A stretch of DNA of 64,000 nucleotides from an uncultured delta proteobacterium (lineage in GTDB: Bacteria > Desulfobacterota > Binatia > UBA9968): positions 1-64,000 of the forward strand of contig CAWDPO010000034.1 in assembly GCA_963804165.1 (NCBI GenBank), written 5' to 3'. Shown one piece after another: positions 21,689-30,818 of this stretch; the first letter of the stretch is position 1, and the number at the start of each line of letters is the position of its first letter. The position numbers and the translations under genes are program-made. The notes under the pieces were generated by a model that was given only the letters and a program-made list of their open reading frames with translations, was not told where the DNA came from and searched no databases.

Positions 21689-22221
21689 GTTCAAAGGTTC
21701 AACGGTTCAAACGTTCAACGTATTTCGGACCAGAGTGCTAAAACTAACTAAGTGGAGGTTTGTATGGCCGTGAAAGTGTTCGAAGACCTGGAGGTCTGGA
21801 AAGAAGCTCGCCGGTTAACTCAAAGAATCTATCAATTAACAAAGAATGAAAATTTCTTAAAAGATTTTGCTCTAAGAGATCAAATCCGGCGGGCCGCCGT
21901 CTCAGTTATGTCCAACATCGCCGAAGGCTTCGAGCGCGGCGGCAATCAAGAATTCGTTCAATTTCTTTACGTTGCCAAGGCTTCATGTGGCGAAGTGAGA
22001 TCCCAGGTTTATGTGGCTCTCGACCAGAGTTATGTGGCGAGCACAGAAGTCGACGAGCTTACAAACTCTTTCAAACGACTATCGAGCATGATCAGCAACT
22101 TCATAACCTACCTCAGGAAAAGTGGAATGAAAGGCGAGAAATTCAGAAAACCTGAATCGTCATCAAGGCGCCAATGATTCCGATTCTGTCGTTGAACTAT
22201 TGAACCTTGAACGTTTGAACG
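21689..22221. mobile_element. Second repeat-bracketed four-helix-bundle element
   Basis: Left arm GTTCAAAG GTTCAACG GTTCAAAC GTTCAACG (21689-21720); right arm CGTTGAAC TATTGAAC CTTGAAC GTTTGAAC (22190-22220). Confidence 0.6.
21764..22177 (+). CDS. Four helix bundle protein (IVP/TIGR02436 family)
   Basis: FEDLEVWK and DQIRRAAVSVMSNIAEGFERGG motifs; RBS GGAGG. Confidence 0.93.
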   Translation: MAVKVFEDLEVWKEARRLTQRIYQLTKNENFLKDFALRDQIRRAAVSVMSNIAEGFERGGNQEFVQFLYVAKASCGEVRSQVYVALDQSYVASTEVDELTNSFKRLSSMISNFITYLRKSGMKGEKFRKPESSSRRQ

Positions 22222-22242
22222 AACACTTTTAAGGAGCCTCCT

Positions 22243-22542
22243 ATGACCACGCAAAGTAACAAGAAGATCCACCCGGGCAGGGTATTGTTAGAAGACTTCC
22301 TCGCCCCAAGAGGCGTCAGCGTCTGGCATCTAGCCAGAGACATCGATGTTCCCGCGCGACGCATCTACGAGATCGTCCAGGGACAACGCCCGATCACCGC
22401 CGACATCGCCCACCGGCTTGCGCATTACCTCGGCATGTCGGAGCGCTACTGGCTCGATTTGCAGGCGCGGTACGATGGGAAACGAGATGAGAGATTGCCG
22501 AAGGAGTTTTCGAGGAAACAGTCGCTTCGGTACGCCGGATAA
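22243..22542 (+). CDS. higA: HigA-family antitoxin (no adjacent toxin)
   Basis: HPGRVLLEDFL, RPITADIAHRLA and YWLDLQARYD motifs. Confidence 0.85.
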   Translation: MTTQSNKKIHPGRVLLEDFLAPRGVSVWHLARDIDVPARRIYEIVQGQRPITADIAHRLAHYLGMSERYWLDLQARYDGKRDERLPKEFSRKQSLRYAG

Positions 22543-22605
22543 GACCGGGTCCGCTTCTATTGGTGCCGCGCGATACAGCAATATAGAGTCGCATGACCAG
22601 GGAGA

Positions 22606-23472
22606 ATGTTTGTGGCGAGTATCGAACCGCTAAAGTCGCTGGATGATGACGGATTGCCGACCCCAGAGATTGGAGCTTGGGGTGAAGAGAAATACCGCCA
22701 TGTCCAACTCTGTGCTTCGCTCTTCATAAAATCTATGCGTAGCAAGTGGGATGCTCTCGTTTACTTGGACTTATTCGCTGGTCCTGGACGATCTCAAATT
22801 CGCGCAACAAGAAGGATCGTTAGTGCGTCACCTCTTCTGGTCCTTGGAATGCCTGAAGCATACGACAAATATATCTTCTGTGAACAAGATAAGAATTGTG
22901 CTGAAGCACTCGAAACGAGGTGCCGGCGAGACTTTCCCAACAGAAACGTGAAGATTGTCACCAGGAATGCCAACGCATCGGCGGATAAAATTATTGCGGA
23001 GATGCCACGCCCCGGATGGAATCAGAAAGTCCTAGGATTTTGTTTTCTCGATCCATTTCAATTGCAGAACTTGCATTTTTCAACAATAAAAACTTTGTCG
23101 CAACGATTTATGGATTTTCTGGTACTTATTCCTTCTAGCATGGATGCTAATCGCAACGAACAGAATTACATCCAGCCTCGGAACAAGACGCTGGAGAATT
23201 TTGTCGGCAACCCGGATTGGCGTACTCGTTGGAACAAGGAAAAGGTGTCCGGTAAATCATTTGAACACTTTGTCGTTGAAGAATTTGGTCGCTCGATGCA
23301 GACACTTGATTACATCGATACTGGGCTAAAAGAAGCGATTATGATTCGATCGGATGATAAGAACCTGCCGCTATATCGACTTGCGCTGTACAGCAAAAAT
23401 AAATTGGGTTCCAAATTTTGGAAAGAAACAAGGAAATATTCAGACCCGCAAGTAGGCTTCGAATTCAAGTGA
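22606..23472 (+). CDS. tcmP: Three-Cys-motif partner protein (SAM-methyltransferase-like fold)
   Basis: [19 protein letters not shown] and FLDPF motifs; directly upstream of DUF5131. Confidence 0.8.
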   Translation: MFVASIEPLKSLDDDGLPTPEIGAWGEEKYRHVQLCASLFIKSMRSKWDALVYLDLFAGPGRSQIRATRRIVSASPLLVLGMPEAYDKYIFCEQDKNCAEALETRCRRDFPNRNVKIVTRNANASADKIIAEMPRPGWNQKVLGFCFLDPFQLQNLHFSTIKTLSQRFMDFLVLIPSSMDANRNEQNYIQPRNKTLENFVGNPDWRTRWNKEKVSGKSFEHFVVEEFGRSMQTLDYIDTGLKEAIMIRSDDKNLPLYRLALYSKNKLGSKFWKETRKYSDPQVGFEFK

Positions 23473-23479
23473 GGTAAGT

Positions 23480-24221
23480 ATGGCTCAAGACTCCGCGATT
23501 GAATGGACTGACGCAACCTGGAACCCGGTAACCGGATGTACGAAGATCAGTCCCGGATGTAAGAACTGCTACGCGCACCGGATGGCGCGGCGGTTACATG
23601 CGATGGGGCAAGTGAGGTACAGGAACAATTTTGCCGTCACTCTACAACCCGATGTACTTGACCAGCCGTTACGGTGGAATCAGCCGCGGAAGATCTTTGT
23701 CAATTCGATGAGCGATCTATTCCATCCTGATGTGCCACTCGAATTCATTCAGTCCGATTTTTGATGTTATGGGAAAAGCTCATTGGCATACGTTCCAGAT
23801 TTTAACCAAGCGATCGGAGAGGCTTGTCGAGATCGCGGGGAGACTGCCCTGGCACGACAATGTTTGGGTGGGCGTGAGCGTTGAGAACGCGGACTATACT
23901 TATCGCATCGAGCATTTGCGGAAAGTGCCTGCGTCCGTTCGATTCCTATCAGTCGAACCGTTGTTGGGACCTATTTCTCGATTGCCGCTTCAGGGAATCC
24001 ACTGGGTCATTGTCGGCGGAGAGTCCGGCCCTGGAGCGCGCAATATGGATCCACGATGGGTGAGGAAAATTAGAGATCGGTGCATCGCTCAAGGTGTTCC
24101 ATTTTTCTTCAAACAGTGGGGAGGAACAAGAAAGAAACTAACCGGTCGCGAACTGGACGGCAGAACATGGGATGAAATGCCGGAGATAAATTCGAATAGC
24201 TCAGAACGAGTTTTGGGTTAA
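23480..24221 (+). CDS. DUF5131 (phage Gp37/Gp68) radical-SAM-like protein, frameshift about 23755
   Basis: [45 protein letters not shown] and FFFKQWGG motifs. Confidence 0.92.
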
Positions 24222-24301
24222 TGTTTGAATTGGAGTTTTTCTTCGGCACGGCTTGAACGATTGAAACGACTGGAACGTTTGGAACAAATCCTCTCACTTG
24301 C

Positions 24302-24418
24302 GTTGGGCACAGGGATGTCAGCACGACGATGGTTTACACCCATGTATTAAATCGAGGGAGACGAGGAGTGCGCAGCCCCGCTGACAGCTTGGGTTCGGCA
24401 ACTGCCTCGTCGCTGTGA
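24302..24418 (+). pseudogene. intI: 3' stub of integron integrase
   Basis: Translates [30 protein letters not shown]..., the IntI C-terminal signature with catalytic Tyr; everything upstream is missing. Confidence 0.88.
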
Positions 24419-24558
24419 TGAGTCTCAATATACGGAAGTAACTTTCAGCCTTTGACGGATTGGGTCGTCTAGGAAGGCTTTACAAATCATTGTCCTCATT
24501 ATAAAAGCGGTCAAAGTGACAGCGAGGCAAATCGTAATATAGAGAAGTAAGGCAGTTC

Positions 24559-24587
24559 TATACGGAACTAGATAATCTTGGTTAGGC
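24559..24587 (+). other. Candidate attI site
   Basis: TATACGGAACTAGATAATCTTGGTTAGGC; ends in a GTTRRRY core before the first cassette and has no attC hairpin. Confidence 0.55.
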
Positions 24588-24662
24588 AAGCTGGTGGACC
24601 TCTCAATTTTCAAAGAAACACACGAGCAATTGGAAATTAAGGGAAGCTAGGAGCAAGAACGT

Positions 24663-25772
24663 ATGCCGTCTGTGGAACAGAACAAGCTCAAACGCGCTGG
24701 TACTGGTTTACGGGCGTTAGATCCGCGCGAGCTGGCCTGGGTTTACCCTATTCGCTCTCTACCAAAGCGCAGGAAGCACGGTGTATCTGATCGACATTGA
24801 GGGCAACGTCGTCCACACCTGGCAGATGCCTTACCCTGCTCAATATGGCTGGCTCACCGAGCGGGGCACGCTCTTCTACAATGGCAAGACACCGGAAACA
24901 TCAGACCGCTTTATCTCGGGTAAACCTTATAAAATAGGCGCCGTAATGGAAGTCGATTGGAACGGCCGCGTGATGTGGGAGGTGCAGCATCCAGACCACC
25001 ATCACGACGGTATACGTCTACGGAATGGCAACGTGCTGCTTCTCTGCCTGGCTCAACTCCCACGTGAGCTGGTTCCGAAAATCAAAGGGGGGATGCCAGG
25101 GACTGAGCATAACGGGGAAATGTACGGAGATTATCTGGTCGAGATGACGACTGACGGGCGAATTGTCTGGGAGTATCGTACCTGGGAGCATCTGGATCCG
25201 GAAACGGATCGCATCACTGCAATCCAGGAGCCGCGGGACGAGTGGACGCATGGAAACGGCCTGGCGGAATTGCCAAACGGCGACATCGTTGTGAGCTTTC
25301 GCACGATCTCGACTGTCATCATTATCGAGCGAAAGACCGGCACGATTATCTGGAAGCTCGGCGCGCCGCCGCTGTGTGGTCAACATGCTCCGACGCCTCT
25401 GCCGAATGGTAACCTGCTCATCTTCGACAACGGGCCGCACCGGTTGGACCATTCGTATGCCTTTTTCACGGGTAATCGAGGTCGAGCCGGCAACCAAGAA
25501 AATCATCTGGGAGTATCGGGAGAAAAGAGAAAGCGATTTCTTCAGTCCTAGGATTTCAAATGCTCAGCGGTTACCGAACGGTAACACGATGATATGCGAA
25601 GGGGATTTCGGCCGCCTATTTGAGGTTACGGCCGGTGGGGAAATGGTCTGGGAGTACGTCAATCCCTATTTTGGCGGGACCGCCAAACGCGCAAAACAAT
25701 CGAGTATTCCGCGCCTACAGATACAGCGCAGAGGAGATCGCGAGAGCAAAAGCGACGGTAGGTGCTGTGTGA
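24663..25772 (+). CDS. Aryl-sulfate sulfotransferase (ASST)-like protein, frameshifted; cassette
   Basis: HHHDGIRLRNGN, WTHGN, GQH, FDNG and SNAQRLPNGNTMICEG motifs. Confidence 0.8.
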
Positions 25773-25834
25773 AACCGTTTTACCGGAGAAAGAAATAAAA
25801 GAAGAACGGGATAAATTCAATTATTGAAACGGTT

Positions 25835-25894
25835 GCCTAACCATTGGGTTGAGAAAGACGTGGCGGACCGCGCCTCTCACCCAAAACGTTAGGT
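25835..25894 (+). other. attC site
   Basis: GCCTAAC-CAT-TGGGTTGAGA...TCTCACCCA-AAAC-GTTAGGT with one extrahelical base. Confidence 0.9.
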
Positions 25895-25986
25895 TGACGT
25901 TGGCGATTCTTTCACATGGAATTTTTCACATCAGAGGTGCTACATTTTGTACACTTACCTTTGAGCCAAAAAGGAGGCCAAAATCA

Positions 25987-26314
25987 ATGCCAACACGTGT
26001 CATTATGATTGAGTTCAATCCGGAAGCGACTTCGGGGCAAATGGAAGTGTTTCAGCAAGAGCTCAAGGCAGTGGCGGACAAGATTCCATACAAAAAGAGT
26101 TTTTGTTGCGGGTTCAATCGAGCACTGGAGACCGGAGCCCGTATTAGAAACGGTAGCGCCGGATAAATTAGTTCATGGGCCGCAATTCGTCGTCATATGG
26201 GAGTTCGGCTCATATGACGATTTGACACGCTTCGTGGGAGAATCGATTCACCAAAAGTTTGCGAGAGAAATTGCAAAGGCAGTGGTTCGGCGCCGATGGG
26301 TTGTGAATATCTGA
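25987..26314 (+). CDS. Dabb-like stress-responsive alpha/beta barrel protein (frameshift); cassette
   Basis: MPTRVIMIEF...GFNR...EFGSYDDLTRFVGESIHQKF pattern. Confidence 0.6.
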
Positions 26315-26316
26315 GA

Positions 26317-26362
26317 TAATAACAGCTTTGGCGGACCGCGCCTCTCACCCAAAACGTTAGGC
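26317..26362 (+). other. attC site (left arm shortened)
   Basis: TAATAAC...CTCACCCAAAACGTTAGGC; 33 bp identical to the previous attC. Confidence 0.7.
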
Positions 26363-26379
26363 CTCCAGAGCAACCCAAC

Positions 26380-27182
26380 ATGAGTGCAACAATCAGGGTA
26401 CCAGCTCAGCGGCGATGCCGCGAAGCTGCGCGAGCGTTACTCCGTCCAATACTTCATAGGGCCTTGGGCACCAGGGCTTGTCGCGCTGGCTGCCCTACAG
26501 CCGGGCGAGCGCGTACTGGATCTGGCCTGCGGCACCGGGGTGGTAACTTGCCTTGTAGCCCCGGAGGTGGGGCCAACGGGCGAAGTCACGGGTCTGGATA
26601 TCAACGCGGGAACGCTGGCCGTCGCCCGTTCACTGCCGCCCCCATCTGGTGCGTCCATCATGTGGTGGAGGAAAACGCGTGGCTATGGACTTTCCACGCT
26701 TCGTTCGAAGTCATCTTGTGCCAGCAAGGCCTCCAGTTCTTTCCCGACAAGCCTGCGGCACTGCGGATGTATCGGGCGCCCGTACCCGGCGGACGGGTGC
26801 TCCTCAGCGTCTTGGAAATCGGCAGGTCCATATAATCTCGCCGTAGGAAAAGCCCTTGAGCGCCACGTGGGTGTGGAGACAGCGACGAAGTTTCGCGCCT
26901 CTCGGGTAGTGCTGTACGGCGAGGCAGGCGGCACCGTCTCCTCGTCGAAGCAGGGTTCCGTGCGGTAGAAATTCGTGCAAGCGCTATGACGATACGCTTG
27001 CCGTCATTGGAAACGTTTGTGCTTGGGCATTGTCTGGGATGCGCGTGGCTGGTGCAGTTGCTGCCTTGAGCGAGGACCAGCGCGTGGCAATGGCCAGACA
27101 GATGACGGCGTTGCAACCCTATGCCGATGGTGATGGGGTGGCCGTGCCCGATGAAATCAATATTGCGATGGCGCACACGTAG
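26380..27182 (+). CDS. Class I SAM methyltransferase (frameshifted); cassette
   Basis: ERVLDLACGTG, GLDIN and CQQGLQFFPD motifs. Confidence 0.8.
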
Positions 27183-27218
27183 CGTCTCACGAGAGTCTGC
27201 ATATTGCACGTGCGCTGA

Positions 27219-27305
27219 GCCTAACTCCAGGTGGAACGGACGGGCCAGAGGCGCCGTGCCATATCGACCGGGAGTGCTGGCGCGCCGTTCACCAACACGT
27301 TAGGC
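27219..27305 (+). other. attC site
   Basis: GCCTAAC..GGTGGAACGG...CCGTTCACC..GTTAGGC. Confidence 0.9.
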
Positions 27306-27309
27306 ATCT

Positions 27310-27605
27310 ATGAGCCTCAGAAAGTTTTCAATGAAATCCATCGTGTCATAGCAGCCGGAATGGGCGTTTTTCTCGCGCTGGTTGGATTTGTCTTACGCGC
27401 TGTTGAGAAGATTCATAGCGGCCACGGTCTTGATTATTATTTCACCGGGTTTGGCGTAAAATTCAATTACATTGGAGCGCTGGTTCTTCTTATTTGTATC
27501 CCAGTTGCGTTGCTGTTCGGTTGGGCGCTGAATCATTGGTTGTCGCGTGATGAGCGAAATTTTAAAGAGCGATTCGGCAAAAGGGACTCCAACAAAATAG
27601 AGTAG
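27310..27605 (+). CDS. Hypothetical two-TM membrane protein; cassette
   Basis: Two hydrophobic segments between attC sites; start uncertain. Confidence 0.55.
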
Positions 27606-27609
27606 GATT

Positions 27610-27692
27610 GCCTAACCCGCCGCCGGAGCCGATTGATTGCTGTGGCACCATGATCACATTTTTGATAGCGCCTGAGCGGCATAACGTTAGGC
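27610..27692 (+). other. attC site (degenerate)
   Basis: GCCTAAC..GCCGC...GCGGC..GTTAGGC. Confidence 0.75.
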
Positions 27693-27708
27693 ACCACAGC
27701 CACGGCCC

Positions 27709-28288
27709 ATGAAGCTCACCGTGCTTCCGGTCACGCCGGATCGATGGCCGACCTCGAAGCGGTCTTCGCCGCCATAGGGCTGCTCCGTTGCTCGTGGCTG
27801 CTGGTGCATGGCCTACCGCCGAAGCGGAGCCCAGGAACCATTACCGGCGGGGACGAGCCGCGCCGAAGCCAACCGCGCCGACCTCAAGGCCCTAGTCGAT
27901 GCCGGCAAGTTACCTGGCCTCATCGCGTATCACGGCAAGGTCCCGGTCGGCTGGGTTTCGCTCGCGCCGCGCGACGAGTTCGCCAGGTTGAAGCGATCGC
28001 AGGTGATGAAGCCTGTCGACGACAAGCCGGTCTGGTCCGTCATCTGCTTCCTCGTCCCATCCACGCATCGCGGCCAGGGGGTGGCCCATGCTCTGCTTCA
28101 CGGCGCAATCGCTTATGCCCGCAAGCATGGCGCGACTCTCATCGAGGCCTATCCCGTAGACAAGTCAGGCCGGTCCAGCGACAATGCCATGTGGTTTGGA
28201 GCCAAGTCCATGTACGACCGCGCGGGTTTCGAGGAAGTGGCACGACGCAAACCTGATGCGGCCTGTCGTTAGGCTCAAGGTGCAATGA
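27709..28288 (+). CDS. GNAT family acetyltransferase (frameshifted); cassette
   Basis: PVGWVSLAPR, WSVICF, RGQGVA, EAYP and AGF motifs. Confidence 0.85.
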
Positions 28289-28308
28289 GGGTGCGAAAAG
28301 AAAGTGGT

Positions 28309-28381
28309 GCCTAACTTCTTCGCTCCAGCCGAGGCGCTACTGCCTGCGGCCTTCGCGCTCGGTTAAGCGCAAACGTTATGC
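28309..28381 (+). other. attC site
   Basis: GCCTAAC..CGCT..CCGAG...CTCGG..AGCG..GTTATGC. Confidence 0.85.
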
Positions 28382-28412
28382 GGACTGAACTAAACGACGT
28401 TCAGACTGCAAT

Positions 28413-29169
28413 ATGGACTACGACCTGACTGATATCCCATCAGGCTACGACCGCAGTCGGCGATCATGGCCCAGAGTTCCTCGCTCTTTGGACGCGCGCG
28501 CTCGCAACCGCATCACCTCCGTCCGGCCGTCAAGAGAATTCTCGACTTGGGTTGTGGCACGGGCCGCTTCTCGGAAGCGCTCGCGCATCATTTCAATGCG
28601 GATGTCGTGGGCATCGACCCGTCGGTGAAGATGTTGGAACGAGCACGCCAAAAAGCGTCTGGGGGCCACGTTCAATACCAGGTTGGTTCCGCTCAGCGGC
28701 CATTTCGCTTCCACCCTCCTCAATCGATGTAATCTTCATGTCGATGAGTTTCCATCACTTCTTGGACCGAGCGTTGGCCGCTCGGGAATGCCGTCGAGTG
28801 CTTCGCAGCGATGAGTGGTGTGTGTGAGAACTGGAACTCGGGAACAGATTCAATCGTACCCCTACGTTCCATTCTTCCCATCCACTCCTTCAAAACTCTG
28901 TCGAAGTCCTACCGGATCGCGCTGCACTACGTGAACCGTTCGAAGCAGCTGGGTTTCGCTTGTGTGCTTCAGAGGTCATCACGCAGACAATCTCCGCGCC
29001 TAGTCGGAGCGCGTATGCTGATAAACTTGCGGCTGGAGGAGACTCAGTCCTTGCCACTTTGAGTGAACAAGAGTTTGAGAGCGGTCTGGCAGCCTTGCGT
29101 CGTTACGGCGTAGACGCGGCGAGTCAACACGTCGTCGAGCCTATTGATTTATTAGTGTTTAACTCGTAG
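28413..29169 (+). CDS. Class I SAM methyltransferase (several frameshifts); cassette
   Basis: ILDLGCGTGRF, GIDPS and FHHF..RRVL motifs. Confidence 0.75.
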
Positions 29170-29177
29170 AAAACACA

Positions 29178-29254
29178 GCATAACATCCAAATGGAGCCGA
29201 TGCACCTGACGGTCCATGCCGTTATGGCACGCGGCTTATTTGGGAATGTTTGGC
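29178..29254 (+). other. attC site (degenerate)
   Basis: GCATAACATCCAAATGGAGCCG...CGGCTTATTTGGGAATGTTTGGC. Confidence 0.75.
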
Positions 29255-29489
29255 TCCATCCTCATAGCCTTGCATTTTCCGCCACACGCGCGTGTGGAAC
29301 GAAATTGCGGAGCAAAGCTTTGCCGGAATCGGTGCCTGGATTCTTGCTCCAGAGCAGCGTGAAATGCCTTCCGTGACAAAGCAAGTATCCTCGTCTGGGT
29401 CGATTTCCGTATGGTTGCATCGACCTGCTGCACAAGGGAAAGCGACGACTTAAGGGGCGATAATATGCCTTAGGGCCTGAACTGCTCAT

Positions 29490-29774
29490 ATGCCCGGCAT
29501 AACGGTTCGCTACTTGGGAGTTCCTAGATTATTACCGACCGAAGAAATCGACGAGGCGCTTTTAGCCAATTTCACAGGTGACTGGCGTAAGGTGGCAAAG
29601 GTTGTCGGCTCGTCTATGAATGAGCTTGGGAATAGGCGCGCCGGGCGTAACGACTTGTACTTCGCCGAAAGAGTGGCGCAGTTGGCCAAAAGGGGGCTAA
29701 TCGAATATGAAGGCGATTTAGCTAAAATGGGTCGCTGTGAAATTCGATTGGCGCAAGGAAGAAATGATGCCTAA
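29490..29774 (+). CDS. DUF3658-like protein; cassette
   Basis: IDEALL...WRKVAKVVG...DLYFAERV..L...GLIE..GDL..M..CEIRL. Confidence 0.7.
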   Translation: MPGITVRYLGVPRLLPTEEIDEALLANFTGDWRKVAKVVGSSMNELGNRRAGRNDLYFAERVAQLAKRGLIEYEGDLAKMGRCEIRLAQGRNDA

Positions 29775-29816
29775 CAAACAGCTCGAGCCAATTCCGGCTC
29801 AGCCTTCGCGTTAGCT
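29769..29816 (+). other. Short attC site
   Basis: GCCTAAC..GCTCGAGCC...GGCTCAGC..GTTAGCT. Confidence 0.75.
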
Positions 29817-29909
29817 ATTTTATGATATTGCAGCAGTGGTTGTCCTGTTTGGTCTACTTGGACGGCAAGTCAGAAAGAGAGCGAGTTCGCTCATCATTAG
29901 AAGAGGAGA

Positions 29910-30408
29910 ATGAAAATGCGCGGAATCACTTGGGCGATGTGCTGGTTGATCCTCGGAGCTTCGCTCGTTCCCTCCTTCGCGCAGCCGGCCGAGGAAGCTC
30001 AGAAGAAACTGCAAGGGACCTGGACTGCAACAACGGCGGAACGCGACGGCAAAACAGCCGATGACGTTGTCGGCCATCGGCTCTCCTTTACCGGCAACCG
30101 CTTCCAGATCCAGTCTAAGGACGACAAGCCGCTCTACGCGGGAACCTTCCGGGTGGACCCGAGGGCGAAGCCAGCCGCCATTGACTTCGAGCATACGGAA
30201 GGGACTTTGAAGGGAAAGCGTGGAAGGGGATCTATGCCTGGACGGTGACACGCTGACGTGTGCGACAATGCCCGAACCCGACAAGGGCCGGCCCGCCGCG
30301 TTCGAGGCAAAGAGTGGCTCCGGGTATGTCCTCATCACGTTCGGCGCGCGAAGCCCTGAACGGAAATTGCTTGGGTTGGGTATCGCACTTTGTTTTGCTC
30401 TGGAATGA
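29910..30408 (+). CDS. TIGR03067-domain secreted protein (frameshift); cassette
   Basis: Signal peptide; KKLQGTW, KPAAID, DGDTL and RPAAF motifs. Confidence 0.75.
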
Positions 30409-30426
30409 AGAAAGCAGGAGAGAGTG

Positions 30427-30507
30427 ATCTAACATCCGGCTTTAGTCAGATCTTCGGACCTTTTCACAAAATTCCCAGACCTCGGCTGCTCAGCCTTTGC
30501 GTTAGAC
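30427..30507 (+). other. attC site (degenerate)
   Basis: ATCTAAC..GGCT...CAGCC..GTTAGAC. Confidence 0.65.
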
Positions 30508-30562
30508 TACTCCACCGTGGAAACAGAGCGACCATCTTGGGAGCTTCGCAGCGAGCGGGCAC

Positions 30563-30806
30563 TTGCTGTGCCGGACAGGGCGAGTTGATTTTCTCGACCT
30601 GCCCGACGTGCGGGACAGTTGTGCTCACCTGCGCAGAAGTCGGCATGGTTTGCGATTCGTGATAGACACGCAGGTTCAGTGCTTAGCGAGTCCGGCGCCG
30701 CTGAGGGTGTTTGCCCCAAGTGCGGAAGCAGCAAGTTTGAGCCTTTGGCAGCGCCACAGCCGCTGAGATACTTGCTCTCGGATTCCGGCTAGGAGATTAC
30801 AGGTGA
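30563..30806 (+). CDS. Small Cys-rich (zinc-ribbon-like) hypothetical protein, degraded; cassette
   Basis: Fragments read CCAGQGELIFSTCPTCG..TCAE and VCPKCG across frameshifts. Confidence 0.4.
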
Positions 30807-30818
30807 TGACGATATGGT

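Noticed and set aside
19130-22177. Diversity-generating retroelement (Avd-like genes)
   Set aside because: No reverse transcriptase and no TR/VR pair were seen in the window.
18264-22221. GTTCAA arrays as CRISPR repeats or as LexA boxes
   Set aside because: There are no unique spacers or cas genes. The 7-9 bp period does not fit GTTC-N7-GTTC or GAAC-N4-GTTC, a copy occurs at a non-SOS locus, and a better operator exists at 18401.
23480-24221. Prophage, based on the Gp37/Gp68 label
   Set aside because: There are no structural, terminase or phage integrase genes nearby.
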